A DNA stretch of 64,000 nt from positions 1,888,001-1,952,000 of the forward strand of contig OZ250169.1 in assembly GCA_965237955.1 (NCBI GenBank). The letters run 5' to 3'. The stretch is from Candidatus Marinacidobacterales bacterium. GTDB taxonomy: Bacteria; Acidobacteriota; Vicinamibacteria; Marinacidobacterales; SMYC01. The notes below the pieces were generated by a model that was not told the origin of the DNA, ran no database searches, and saw only the letters and a list, made by a program, of their open reading frames with translations. Shown here piece by piece: positions 1 through 8,831 of this stretch. The translations under genes were made by a program, and so were the position numbers. The first letter of the stretch is position 1, and every line of letters begins with the position of its first letter.

Positions 1-1212
1 TCCGTTGTCGCCCCAGTCGGTATTGATGAACCCTCGTGCACCGAACTTCTTGCCGGCCTCCGCGTGTCCCTTGATGTTGGCGACGGCGTTGTCTCCGCGT
101 GGGAAGAGAGTGTTCCAGCTCGTCGTGCCAGCACACACCATGAACGGGATGCCGTGTTTTTTGAAAACGCGCACCCGCGCGAAGTCGTGATCCGCTTCGT
201 ACCGCCAATCGAGGAGCATGAGCTCACGACTCAGTAGAGGAATCTGCTCCGGATGCTCGTGAGCGACGTCGCCCCACACCATCGTCTTTTTCCCAAACGT
301 TCTCGCGAGTGCTTCCACGCGCTCGAGGTGCGTACGGAAGACAGCGCCACGCCCGTCCTTATCCGCCCACGCTTTGGAACGACCTTGGCCGAGATCGATA
401 GGCTCGTCGCAATTCGCGTTGAACCAGGTTGAGCGAAAGTTCGGAATGTACTCCGTGTAGAGGTCCTCGAGAAGAGCATAGCTCTCCTCGACCGCCGGCG
501 AGATCGACCACCGGCGATCGCTTTCGGCGAGATGCCGATAGCGCGGAATCTTCAACAGGTGATGCATGTGCCCGAGAGACTGGAGCGTCGGCACGAGCTC
601 GACGTGACGCTCGCAAGCGTACGCATCGAGCCTACGAATCTCTGCGGCACTCATCGGCGACGCCCCCTTGCCGATCAGAGGATGCCTGCGGAATTGAAAC
701 GTGTGCTCGGTGTAGAGCATGAGCAAGTTCAGCTTGAGCTGCACCATGAGGTCGACGATCTCTTCGAGCGTCTCGAGCGTCGGCACTTTCCCGCGCGAGA
801 CGTCGATGAGTAGACCGCGTTTGTCGAGATCGGGCGCATCGTCGATGTCACACACGGGAATGGACTTGTGCGTGAGCTGCGAGAGCGTCTCGACCCCGTA
901 CCGAAGCCCGGCGGACCCGCCCCCGGTAAGGGTGACAATGTTCGAGCGCACCCGAATCCGGTACCCCTGTCCCCCATCGCCGCTCCGCCGAAGCTCGATA
1001 CGAGGCCCGAGATCCGTCGTGCGCGCATGCGTCTCAATAGCAAGACCAAAGCCGGTACGACGAGCAATAGCGTCCCGCAGAGCCAAAGCCGACCGAAAAT
1101 CGTCATCGTCGGTACGCGTGAGCACGATAGGCACCGAGGGCCCCAAACGAAACACTCCCTCCCGAAGGCGAAATTTCCGCGGCGTCGGCAAGAGCGCCAA
1201 AGACGAACGCAT
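1..1212 (-). CDS. Glycoside hydrolase family 20 (beta-N-acetylhexosaminidase-like), 3'-truncated by the window edge
   Basis: Not in the ORF track because it runs off the left edge. Manual translation from ATG 1212 gives MRSSLALLPTPRK...DAPDLDKRGLLIDVSRGKVP...LYTEHTF...QSLGH...NANCDE (catalytic DE pair)...TDWGDNG. Confidence 0.85.
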   Translation of the reverse strand, partial: MRSSLALLPTPRKFRLREGVFRLGPSVPIVLTRTDDDDFRSALALRDAIARRTGFGLAIETHARTTDLGPRIELRRSGDGGQGYRIRVRSNIVTLTGGGSAGLRYGVETLSQLTHKSIPVCDIDDAPDLDKRGLLIDVSRGKVPTLETLEEIVDLMVQLKLNLLMLYTEHTFQFRRHPLIGKGASPMSAAEIRRLDAYACERHVELVPTLQSLGHMHHLLKIPRYRHLAESDRRWSISPAVEESYALLEDLYTEYIPNFRSTWFNANCDEPIDLGQGRSKAWADKDGRGAVFRTHLERVEALARTFGKKTMVWGDVAHEHPEQIPLLSRELMLLDWRYEADHDFARVRVFKKHGIPFMVCAGTTSWNTLFPRGDNAVANIKGHAEAGKKFGARGFINTDWGDNG

Positions 1213-1225
1213 AAGGTGGATTGTA

Positions 1226-1270
1226 CCGAATGCCGAATGCCGAATGCCGACAACTGGATGCTGAATGCTG
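1226..1270. repeat. Heptamer tandem repeat (CCGAATG)n, degenerate
   Basis: ccgaatg ccgaatg ccgaatg ccgacaa ctggatg ctgaatg, in the divergent GH20/rpiA intergenic gap. Confidence 0.7.
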
Positions 1271-1288
1271 CTATCCTGCACACTGAGC

Positions 1289-1960
1289 ATGACCGACATC
1301 TGGCCCGCGGCCGAGCATGCCGCCGATATGGTCGAGCCCGACATGGTCGTGGGTCTCGGTACGGGACGCGCCGCGGCCATGTTCGTGCGCGCGCTCGCCC
1401 GCCGCGTCCACGACGGTCTGTCGATCCGCGGAATCCCGACGTCGCTGAAAACCGCCGAGCTCGCCAAGGAGCTCTCGGTGCCGCTCACGACGCTCGACGA
1501 GGTCGAAAGCATCGATATCGACGTCGACGGCGCCGACGAGGTGGATCCCACCCTCAACCTTATTAAGGGACACGGTGGGTCACTCTTGAGAGAGCGTGTT
1601 GTAGCGTCGGTGTCGAAACGCTTCGTGGTCCTCGTCGGTGAGGAAAAGCTCGTACCGCATCTCGGAGCCAAGATGGCGGTGCCCGTGGAGGTCGTACCGT
1701 TCGCGGTTCCCGTGGCCCGCGCGGCGCTTCTCCGGCTGGGCGCCGACGTGGCCCTCCGCACGAACAGCGACGGTCCTTTCGAGTCCGACAACGGCAATCA
1801 AATCCTCGACGCGCGATTCGACAAGATCGCCGACCCCGGCGATCTCGAACGTCGCATCGACGAGCTCCCAGGGGTCGTCGACAATGGGCTCTTCATCGGC
1901 ATGGCCGATCTCGTGCTCGTGCATGACAGCGATCGCTTTCGCACCATGGAGCACTCGTAA
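1289..1960 (+). CDS. rpiA: Ribose-5-phosphate isomerase A
   Basis: Motifs VGLGTG, DGADEVD, LIKGHGG and PGVVDNGLF. Confidence 0.92.
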   Translation: MTDIWPAAEHAADMVEPDMVVGLGTGRAAAMFVRALARRVHDGLSIRGIPTSLKTAELAKELSVPLTTLDEVESIDIDVDGADEVDPTLNLIKGHGGSLLRERVVASVSKRFVVLVGEEKLVPHLGAKMAVPVEVVPFAVPVARAALLRLGADVALRTNSDGPFESDNGNQILDARFDKIADPGDLERRIDELPGVVDNGLFIGMADLVLVHDSDRFRTMEHS

Positions 1961-1975
1961 GCTCCGAGCGAACGG

Positions 1976-2740
1976 ATGGCCGGCCCTGCCGTCGAGCTTC
2001 GAGACGTCAGCAAGTCGTTCGATGGCGATCGACCCGCGCTATCGGGAATATCGCTCGCGGTCGAGACCGGGGAGACCGTCGTTTTACTGGGTTCGTCCGG
2101 CTCCGGAAAAACGACGACCCTGAAGATGATCAACCGTCTCGTCACCCCGGACGAGGGGGAGGTCTTCGTTCGCGGACAAGAAGTTCGTGCCTGGGATCCG
2201 ATCGAGCTGAGACGACAGACCGGCTACGTGATTCAAGAAGTCGGTCTTCTCCCGCACCTATCCGTCGAAGACAACATCGGCCTCGTGCCCCGGCTCTCGG
2301 GCTGGCCCGAGGACCGGCGACGAGAGAGAACGCTAGAGCTTCTCGAGCTGGTGTCGCTCCCGCCCGACGCGTTCGCGCACAAGCGTCCTTCGGAGCTCTC
2401 CGGCGGCCAGCGGCAACGTGTGGGTGTCGCGCGGGCGCTCGCGGCGGACCCGCCACTGCTTCTAATGGACGAGCCGTTCGGCGCGCTCGATCCCATCAAC
2501 CGCCGCCGCCTGCAGGACGAGTTCTCGGCACTCCGAGACCGACTCGGAAAGACGATCGTGTTCGTCACCCACGATGTGCCGGAAGCGCTCAAGCTTGCCC
2601 ACCGTATTGGGGTGATGCACGATGGAAAGCTCTTGCAGTTGGCCGCGCCGGAGACGATACTGGACGAGCCCGCCGACGAGTTCGTCCGCGAATTGGTTCG
2701 ACTCGATACCAAAGAAGCCGTCCTCGGCTCACGTTCGTGA
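1976..2740 (+). CDS. Osmoprotectant (glycine betaine/choline) ABC transporter ATP-binding subunit
   Basis: Walker A GSSGSGKTT, signature LSGGQRQR, LLMDEPFGALDP, and OpuCA/OsmV-like KMINRL and GYVIQ. Confidence 0.9.
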   Translation: MAGPAVELRDVSKSFDGDRPALSGISLAVETGETVVLLGSSGSGKTTTLKMINRLVTPDEGEVFVRGQEVRAWDPIELRRQTGYVIQEVGLLPHLSVEDNIGLVPRLSGWPEDRRRERTLELLELVSLPPDAFAHKRPSELSGGQRQRVGVARALAADPPLLLMDEPFGALDPINRRRLQDEFSALRDRLGKTIVFVTHDVPEALKLAHRIGVMHDGKLLQLAAPETILDEPADEFVRELVRLDTKEAVLGSRS

Positions 2741-3384
2741 AAGAGGGATTCATGGATATTTTCCAGTTCTTTGTCGAGCGGCACGACCAGATACTCGCCA
2801 AGACGTGGGAGCACCTGCAGCTCGTCGGTATGTCGATGGGCATCGCCGTGCTCGTCGGCGTGCCCCTCGGCTTGTTGCTGACGCGGAAGCAAAACCTGGC
2901 GCCGCCCGTGCTCGGCTTTGCCGACGTCATCCAAACGGTGCCGAGCCTGGCGCTCTTCGGCTTTTTGATTCCGATACCCCTTATCGGGGGGATCGGGATG
3001 CGATCGGCGACGATCGCTCTCGTTTTGTACGCGCTTCTCCCCATCTTGCGGAACACCTACATCGGAATTCAGTCCGTCGATGCCGCGGTGGTCGAGGCGG
3101 GCAAGGGGATGGGTATGACCGAGCTCCAAAGGCTTCGTCTGATCGAAGTGCCGCTGGCACTACCCACGGTTTTGGCCGGCGTTCGCATCGCCACCGTGCT
3201 CACCGTCGGTCTGGCCACGATTGCTTCGGCGATTGGGGCCGGCGGCCTGCGCGATTTCATTTTCAGAGGCGTGACGATGGTGGACAGCCGACTCATTTTC
3301 GCGGGCGCGTTGCCCGCAGCGATGCTGGCGATAGGTCTCGACGCACTGTTGGGCCGAGCCGAGAAGATGTTGGCGGCGGCCTAA
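2737..3384 (+). CDS. Osmoprotectant ABC transporter permease
   Basis: Hydrophobic; QTVPSLAL, EAA loop EAGKGMGMT and IGAGGL. Start may be ATG 2752. Confidence 0.9.
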   Translation: MKEGFMDIFQFFVERHDQILAKTWEHLQLVGMSMGIAVLVGVPLGLLLTRKQNLAPPVLGFADVIQTVPSLALFGFLIPIPLIGGIGMRSATIALVLYALLPILRNTYIGIQSVDAAVVEAGKGMGMTELQRLRLIEVPLALPTVLAGVRIATVLTVGLATIASAIGAGGLRDFIFRGVTMVDSRLIFAGALPAAMLAIGLDALLGRAEKMLAAA

Positions 3385-4310
3385 TGAGACTGATGAGCCT
3401 GACGAGCATGATGCGATCCTGTAAAGCGCTATCGCTCGCCCTCTTCGTGTCGTTGGCAACGGGGGCAGCCTGGGCAGCCTGTTCGGGCGGACCCCGCCCG
3501 GTGGTCGTCGGTTCGAAGAACTTCACCGAGCAAGTCATTCTCGGTGAGATCGTGGCCCAGCTACTCGAAGCGCACGACGTCCCGGTCGACCGCCGTTTGA
3601 ACCTCGGTGGGAGCTTCATTTGCCATCAAGCGCTCGTTTCGGGAGGTCTCGATATCTACGTGGAGTACACCGGCACCGCGCTCACCGCTATTCTCCGAGA
3701 GCCTTTCGACTACGACGCGCAGAAAGTCTACGAGCGTGTCCGAGACGTCTATCGTGATGACCTGAACCTCGAGTGGAGTGCGCCTCTCGGATTCAACAAT
3801 ACGTTCGCGATCATCGTGACGCGGGCGCGAGCGGGCGAGTTGGGCGCTACCAAGATCTCCGACCTCGCGGAGCACCAGACCACGATTCGCCCGGGCGCGG
3901 GACACGAGTTCCTCGAGCGAGAGGACGGTCTTCGCGGGCTCACGGAAGCTTACGAGCTGGAGTTTTCGATCGCGCCCCGGGGGATGGAGCTCGGTCTCAT
4001 CTACCAAGCTCTCGTCGAAGGTCAAGTGGACTTCGTCGCCGGGAACTCGACCGACGGTCTCATCGAGAAGTTCAATCTGGTCGTTCTCGAAGACGACAGG
4101 CGTTTCTTCCCGCCCTACGACGCCGCGGCTGTCTACCGGCCGGACGCGGTGGAGCGGTATCCGGCGCTCGGTGACGTGCTCGAGATATTGGGCGGTGGGA
4201 TCGACGAGCCGGCGATGCGGCGTCTCAACCGGCTGGTGGACGACGAGCGGAGGGCGGTGCGAGACGTGGTCTCGGAGTTCTTGCAAGAGCGGGGCTGGGG
4301 GCCGTCGTAA
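3384..4310 (+). CDS. Osmoprotectant ABC transporter substrate-binding lipoprotein (OpuCC/OsmX-like)
   Basis: Lipobox-like WAAC, VGSKNFTEQ, YVEYTGT, GFNNTF and FFPPYDA. ATG overlaps the permease stop. Confidence 0.9.
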   Translation: MRLMSLTSMMRSCKALSLALFVSLATGAAWAACSGGPRPVVVGSKNFTEQVILGEIVAQLLEAHDVPVDRRLNLGGSFICHQALVSGGLDIYVEYTGTALTAILREPFDYDAQKVYERVRDVYRDDLNLEWSAPLGFNNTFAIIVTRARAGELGATKISDLAEHQTTIRPGAGHEFLEREDGLRGLTEAYELEFSIAPRGMELGLIYQALVEGQVDFVAGNSTDGLIEKFNLVVLEDDRRFFPPYDAAAVYRPDAVERYPALGDVLEILGGGIDEPAMRRLNRLVDDERRAVRDVVSEFLQERGWGPS

Positions 4311-4330
4311 GACCTGTTTCAGGGGTCGAC

Positions 4331-4359
4331 TTGACGGCGGCCGGAGGCGATCCTAATCT
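4331..4359 (+). promoter_or_regulatory. Putative sigma70 promoter
   Basis: TTGACG-17 bp-TAATCT, 24 bp upstream of the FHA gene. Confidence 0.5.
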
Positions 4360-4383
4360 GTACGCTCGTTTCGAACGCCGATC

Positions 4384-5565
4384 ATGATCCGATATTTCGC
4401 GCTCGCTTCGCTGGTCTTTGTTGCGAGCGGAGCCTACCCGCAAGAACAGCCGGTTGCGGTTCAGAAAGCAACTGAAGAGAAACCTTGGGGCTACGTCTAC
4501 GTATTTCGTTCGCTCCGTGCCTACCCGCTGACGGGAGAGGATAATCGCTTCGGCCGTCTCCTCGAGAACGAGATCTCGCTCACATCGCCCCGGGTGTCCC
4601 GGCGTCATGCGGCGATTCGGCGAACCGACGAGGGCATCGAGCTCGTCGACGTCGGAAGCTCCAACGGGAGCCGGGTGAATGGCACCGAGTTGCGCGCCCG
4701 GGTTCCGGTCTCCCTGAATCCCGGGGATCGGATTCACCTCGCGGACGAGACGATCTTGTTCCACACCTCACTCGACGGACTGTGGAACGCCGAGCTCCGA
4801 ATGCGCTTGCTGTCGAGCATGGTCAACTTGAACGCGCATCTTCCGCAGGATTACACGAGAAAATCTCTCGGCAGGGAAGAAGTGATACCGGTTGAGACCG
4901 AAGCACTCATGAACCTCGAGGCGGGTACGGTCGAGCTCACGCTTTCGGTCAAGCTCAGCCCAGACTCGGGATTCTTGCAGGAGACGACTGCGTTCGTTGG
5001 CAATGTGCTCCTCGACGACGGGGTGCTCGAGCTCAGCTTGTGGTCGATCGAAGGTGCCGGCTCGATGACGTCTCGCCGTGCCTCGATCTCCCGGTTGAAA
5101 CACACGACGCTCAAGATCGCGATCGATGACGAAGCGAACGCGACCACGCGCAACCTCCAGCCGTGGTTTCCCCAGCAGTACTTGAACAACTTGTTCGACG
5201 TTCATCCTGACGCGCGCGATATCAGTTTGCGGTTCGCGACGAGCCTCGCGAGTCAAGAACGGCCGGTCGCCCTCCGCGACGCCTCCGCGACGCTCGCGTT
5301 CCGTCATACGCTTTCCAGAAAACCGGAGTGGAAGCTTCTCGCCCTGTCCGCGCAAGCCGGCGGCGCGTGGGTAGAGCGGGCGGTTTTGAAGCGACGGATG
5401 AGCCTCACTCAAATCGAGCGTAGTGCTCTTGCCGAAGCGCTCGAAAACAGCCGCTCTCGGCTCGAGAGCGCGCGTGCTCTCGGCGCCAAAGGCCAGCCCG
5501 CCGATGATGCGGCATCAGCGATCGAGCGCGCTGAAAGCCGATTGGCGGCCCTCGACGCGCGGTAA
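4384..5565 (+). CDS. FHA-domain protein with N-terminal signal peptide and unknown C-terminal region
   Basis: FHA motifs FGR, VSRRHA and DVGSSNGSRVNG follow the hydrophobic leader MIRYFALASLVFVASGAYP. Confidence 0.75.
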   Translation: MIRYFALASLVFVASGAYPQEQPVAVQKATEEKPWGYVYVFRSLRAYPLTGEDNRFGRLLENEISLTSPRVSRRHAAIRRTDEGIELVDVGSSNGSRVNGTELRARVPVSLNPGDRIHLADETILFHTSLDGLWNAELRMRLLSSMVNLNAHLPQDYTRKSLGREEVIPVETEALMNLEAGTVELTLSVKLSPDSGFLQETTAFVGNVLLDDGVLELSLWSIEGAGSMTSRRASISRLKHTTLKIAIDDEANATTRNLQPWFPQQYLNNLFDVHPDARDISLRFATSLASQERPVALRDASATLAFRHTLSRKPEWKLLALSAQAGGAWVERAVLKRRMSLTQIERSALAEALENSRSRLESARALGAKGQPADDAASAIERAESRLAALDAR

Positions 5566-5570
5566 CCCTG

Positions 5571-6512
5571 GTGCATGTGATGCGTTGGGTCCTTTGGGTG
5601 TTCACACCGGCCCTGGTGGCAACGACGTCGCTCGCGCAAGAGCCCGACGTTCCCCGCTTTCGTGTCGGGGTGGACACCGTGAGCCTGTCGATCACGCTCC
5701 TCGACGAAGGCGGCCGCCTCATCACCGGGTTGCCCGAGGAAAACTTCACCGTCTACGAGGACGGTGTCCAGCAGGACATCCACTTTTTTGCCCACGGTGA
5801 GCTCCCGTTGAAAATGGTGATCTTGCTCGACGTCTCCTCGAGCATGCGGCAAAAGATCGAAATGGCTCAAGAGGCCGCCGTAAGGTTCGTCGACTCCCTT
5901 AAGCCGGGCGATGAAGTTCAAGTGGTCGAGTTCGGCGACCGCGTGTTGACGCTCGTCGAGTTCACCCCGGACTTCACCGAAGTGGCGGACGCCATCCGCT
6001 CGACCACGGTCGCCGGCGCGACCCCGCTCTACAACGCAATCTATATTTCGCTCAAAGACCTCGAAGCGTACCGAAGCGACCAGCTCGACCGGCGCGCCAT
6101 CGTGGTGCTCTCGGACGGTAACGATACCCAGTCTGTCCTCCGATTCGAAGACGTGAAAGAGGAAGCGCGCAAGAGTAACATCATCATCTACGCGATCTCG
6201 CTCCGTGCCAGCGAAGCCGACCTTAGGAAGGAGAAGTACCGCAACGCGAAGTACGAGCTGGACATGTTGGCCGAGGAAAGTGGCGGTGTGTCCTACGCGC
6301 CCGAGAAGTTGAACGACCTGTCCGGCGTCTATGAAGTTATTCTCGAAGAGCTGAAAGGTCAATACACCCTGGGCTACGTGTCGATGAACACCGAGCACGA
6401 CGGCAAGTGGAGACATCTTCAGATCCTCACCGCTGAGCCAGGCACGAGCGTCCGCACTCGAGGGGGCTACTACGCTCCACGAAAGTCCAGACGCCGCCGC
6501 CGCACCCACTGA
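5571..6512 (+). CDS. VWA domain protein, Acidobacterial VWFA-related type, exported
   Basis: Signal peptide, FRVGVDTV, FTVYEDGV.Q, MIDAS DVSSSM, TPLYNA, LSDGND and QYTLGY...GYYA. Confidence 0.85.
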   Translation: MHVMRWVLWVFTPALVATTSLAQEPDVPRFRVGVDTVSLSITLLDEGGRLITGLPEENFTVYEDGVQQDIHFFAHGELPLKMVILLDVSSSMRQKIEMAQEAAVRFVDSLKPGDEVQVVEFGDRVLTLVEFTPDFTEVADAIRSTTVAGATPLYNAIYISLKDLEAYRSDQLDRRAIVVLSDGNDTQSVLRFEDVKEEARKSNIIIYAISLRASEADLRKEKYRNAKYELDMLAEESGGVSYAPEKLNDLSGVYEVILEELKGQYTLGYVSMNTEHDGKWRHLQILTAEPGTSVRTRGGYYAPRKSRRRRRTH

Positions 6513-6554
6513 GCGCCGCTGCGGTGAGTTTTTCTTTCGGGCGCGGGAAGGGGA

Positions 6555-7334
6555 TCAGCGGAGATGGGCGGGGATCTTGCACACCGGGATGGGATCCATC
6601 TTGTGCCGATTGGCCGCGTGATGGCGCTGGTAGATCGCGAGCACTTCGCGCTGTCTTTCGTCGAGTGCGTCTTCGTCGCCCGAGAACGTCATCGCCCATT
6701 CGAGCTCGGGATAGCTCGCGCCTATTTGATCTTCGTCGGTTCGGTTGTCTCCCCAGAGTCCGTCGGTGGGTGGTGCTTTCAGGATCGAGTCGCAGACTGG
6801 GAGCGCTTTCCCGAGAGCGTAGACCTCCGATTTGGTGAGGTCGGCGATCGGGCTCAAGTCCACGCCGCCGTCACCGTACTTGGTGTAGAAGCCGACGCCG
6901 AAATCTTCGACTTTGTTGCCGGTTCCCACGACGAGGTCTCTATCGAGCGCGGCGAAGTAGTACAGGGTCGTCATGCGAAGTCGCGCACGCGTGTTTGCCA
7001 GCGACAGCTCGCCTCGGTTGGCATCGCCCGTTTCCGGCAGGGCATCGGTCAGAGTTTCGAGTACTCGGGTGAGATCGACTTCGACGGACGAAACGTTGTC
7101 GTAGCGGGTCTCCAACTGCTCGATGTGCTCGCGGGCGCGGCTACGCTGCGGGGACGCTTGGTGGATCGGCATCTCTACCGTGAGGAGCGGGCGGCCCGTC
7201 ATCGCGGCGAGGGTCGATGTGACGGACGAGTCGATGCCGCCGGAGACGCCGACGACGAAACCGCGCATCCCCGAACGTTCGGCATAGTCTCTCAGCCAGC
7301 TCGCAATGTGGTCGGCGATCTCTCGGGTTTTCAT
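6555..7334 (-). CDS. nadE: NH3-dependent NAD+ synthetase
   Basis: GVSGGIDS, NTRARLRM, GTGNKVE, TKYGDGGVD and PPTDGLW...TDEDQIG. Confidence 0.93.
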   Translation of the reverse strand: MKTREIADHIASWLRDYAERSGMRGFVVGVSGGIDSSVTSTLAAMTGRPLLTVEMPIHQASPQRSRAREHIEQLETRYDNVSSVEVDLTRVLETLTDALPETGDANRGELSLANTRARLRMTTLYYFAALDRDLVVGTGNKVEDFGVGFYTKYGDGGVDLSPIADLTKSEVYALGKALPVCDSILKAPPTDGLWGDNRTDEDQIGASYPELEWAMTFSGDEDALDERQREVLAIYQRHHAANRHKMDPIPVCKIPAHLR

Positions 7335-7341
7335 GAGCAGC

Positions 7342-8676
7342 TCACTGAATGTATCCGAGTGAGCGAAGCTCTTCGATGGTGCGCTCGTCGATCTCTCGGT
7401 CGCGCCGGTGCTCCTTGGGTGTCATCAGCTCGCGAGCGTAGCGTTGTCGGTTGACGGCGCGCTCGAACCCGAGCGCGGTCGTGAGTGGCTCGCCGTCCAT
7501 CGTCTCTCCGACGGGTAGCGCATACAAGTGCAAGATCGTCGGCGCGATGTCGTAGACGCTCACGGACGGCACCCGGCCGGCTACGACGTCCGGCCCCATC
7601 ATGAGGAAAATGCCCGCGGGCGCTTTCGTTGCTTCCGGAATGTGGTAGTGGTCGTAGCCGCCACGATGAAGTGTGAACCCGTGGTCTGACACCACGATGA
7701 GGTAAGTGTCGTTCGGCAGTGTGCGCGCGTAGGCGTCGATGATGGACTCCATGTAGCCGTAAAACGGCTCCAGCACCGAAGCGAGCCGCTTCCGAAATGC
7801 CATTCGTTCGGCTTCGGTGAGCTCCCCTCGTCGGAGCTTCTGGAGTGTGGTGTCGACGTAGTCGGTCTCGATCAGCGTGAGCGCGACGTGGCTCACGATG
7901 TCGGGCAAACGAAAATACGTCGCGAACAGATCGTAGTCTTCGGTCTCGTAGAGATAGCGAGAGACGTTCTCGGTGAGCGCTTCTTGCAACACGTAAATCC
8001 AGTAGTCCTTGAGCACCGGAATCTGGGTGGCGTCGTTCGACGCGGCGAGGCTTTCGTGTAGCCGAGCGATATCGGGAAGCTCTCTGGCTCGACGGATGTC
8101 GTCGTAGTCCAGGCTCAGGAACGGTTGAAGCGCGCTGAAATATTGCGGAGGGTGCACCGAATCCGCCATACGGGCGCGTCGCTCCTCGGGCAGCAACAAG
8201 GTTTTGCGAAAACGGTTCGAGACCATGATGCCGTCGATCGCGTCGGGCGGATAGGTGACGAACCAGTTCACCACCACTGAGCGCCGGTCGAAATGGTCGA
8301 GGATCTGCCAAATAGAGGGCTCCCGCCTTTCGGAGTTGCTGTAGGGAACCTGGATGTTGTTTTTCTCCATGAAGACGAAGTCGAGGATCCCGTGCTTCGT
8401 CATCGATTTTCCGGTGGCGATGCTCGTCCAGATCACCGGCGATTTCGTGGGCTTGAACGTCTCGAGCGGGCCCCAGGCAGCGTCTTGCTTGAGCCGGGCG
8501 AGCACCGGGAGCTTCCCCGCTTCGATGAGAGGGTCGATGGTGTCCCATGAAGCGCCGTCGAAGCCCAGGACGACGACCTTGGTGTGGTTGCGGCCGTCCG
8601 GAGAACAGGACAACGGGGCGAACGTGCTCATGATCGTGACCACGACGAGCCCCGTCGCGATCGTCAGGTGACGCAC
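7342..8676 (-). CDS. Alkaline phosphatase superfamily / type I phosphodiesterase-nucleotide pyrophosphatase
   Basis: LGFDGASW, TKSPVIWTSIATG, VVSDHGF, DIAPTIL...MDG and C-terminal LRSLGYI. Confidence 0.82.
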   Translation of the reverse strand: MRHLTIATGLVVVTIMSTFAPLSCSPDGRNHTKVVVLGFDGASWDTIDPLIEAGKLPVLARLKQDAAWGPLETFKPTKSPVIWTSIATGKSMTKHGILDFVFMEKNNIQVPYSNSERREPSIWQILDHFDRRSVVVNWFVTYPPDAIDGIMVSNRFRKTLLLPEERRARMADSVHPPQYFSALQPFLSLDYDDIRRARELPDIARLHESLAASNDATQIPVLKDYWIYVLQEALTENVSRYLYETEDYDLFATYFRLPDIVSHVALTLIETDYVDTTLQKLRRGELTEAERMAFRKRLASVLEPFYGYMESIIDAYARTLPNDTYLIVVSDHGFTLHRGGYDHYHIPEATKAPAGIFLMMGPDVVAGRVPSVSVYDIAPTILHLYALPVGETMDGEPLTTALGFERAVNRQRYARELMTPKEHRRDREIDERTIEELRSLGYIQ

Positions 8677-8760
8677 GCGAGAAGTCTAGCACTAAGCCCT
8701 GAAGCCGTGAAGCTTGCGCCATGCGCGCCTGCATGCAAATCGATGCAGGGTTTGTCCATG

Positions 8761-8804
8761 TAAGTCGTTGAAAACAAGAGTGCGAACCCTGGAACGGCTC
8801 TTGC
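8761..8804 (+). promoter_or_regulatory. Putative sigma54 promoter with upstream IHF-like site
   Basis: TGGAACGGCTCTTGC (GG-N10-GC) at 8790-8804 and IHF-like TAAGTCGTTGAAA at 8761-8773. Confidence 0.55.
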
Positions 8805-8831
8805 TCTAGTGAGTGGGCAGGAGAGGTCACG

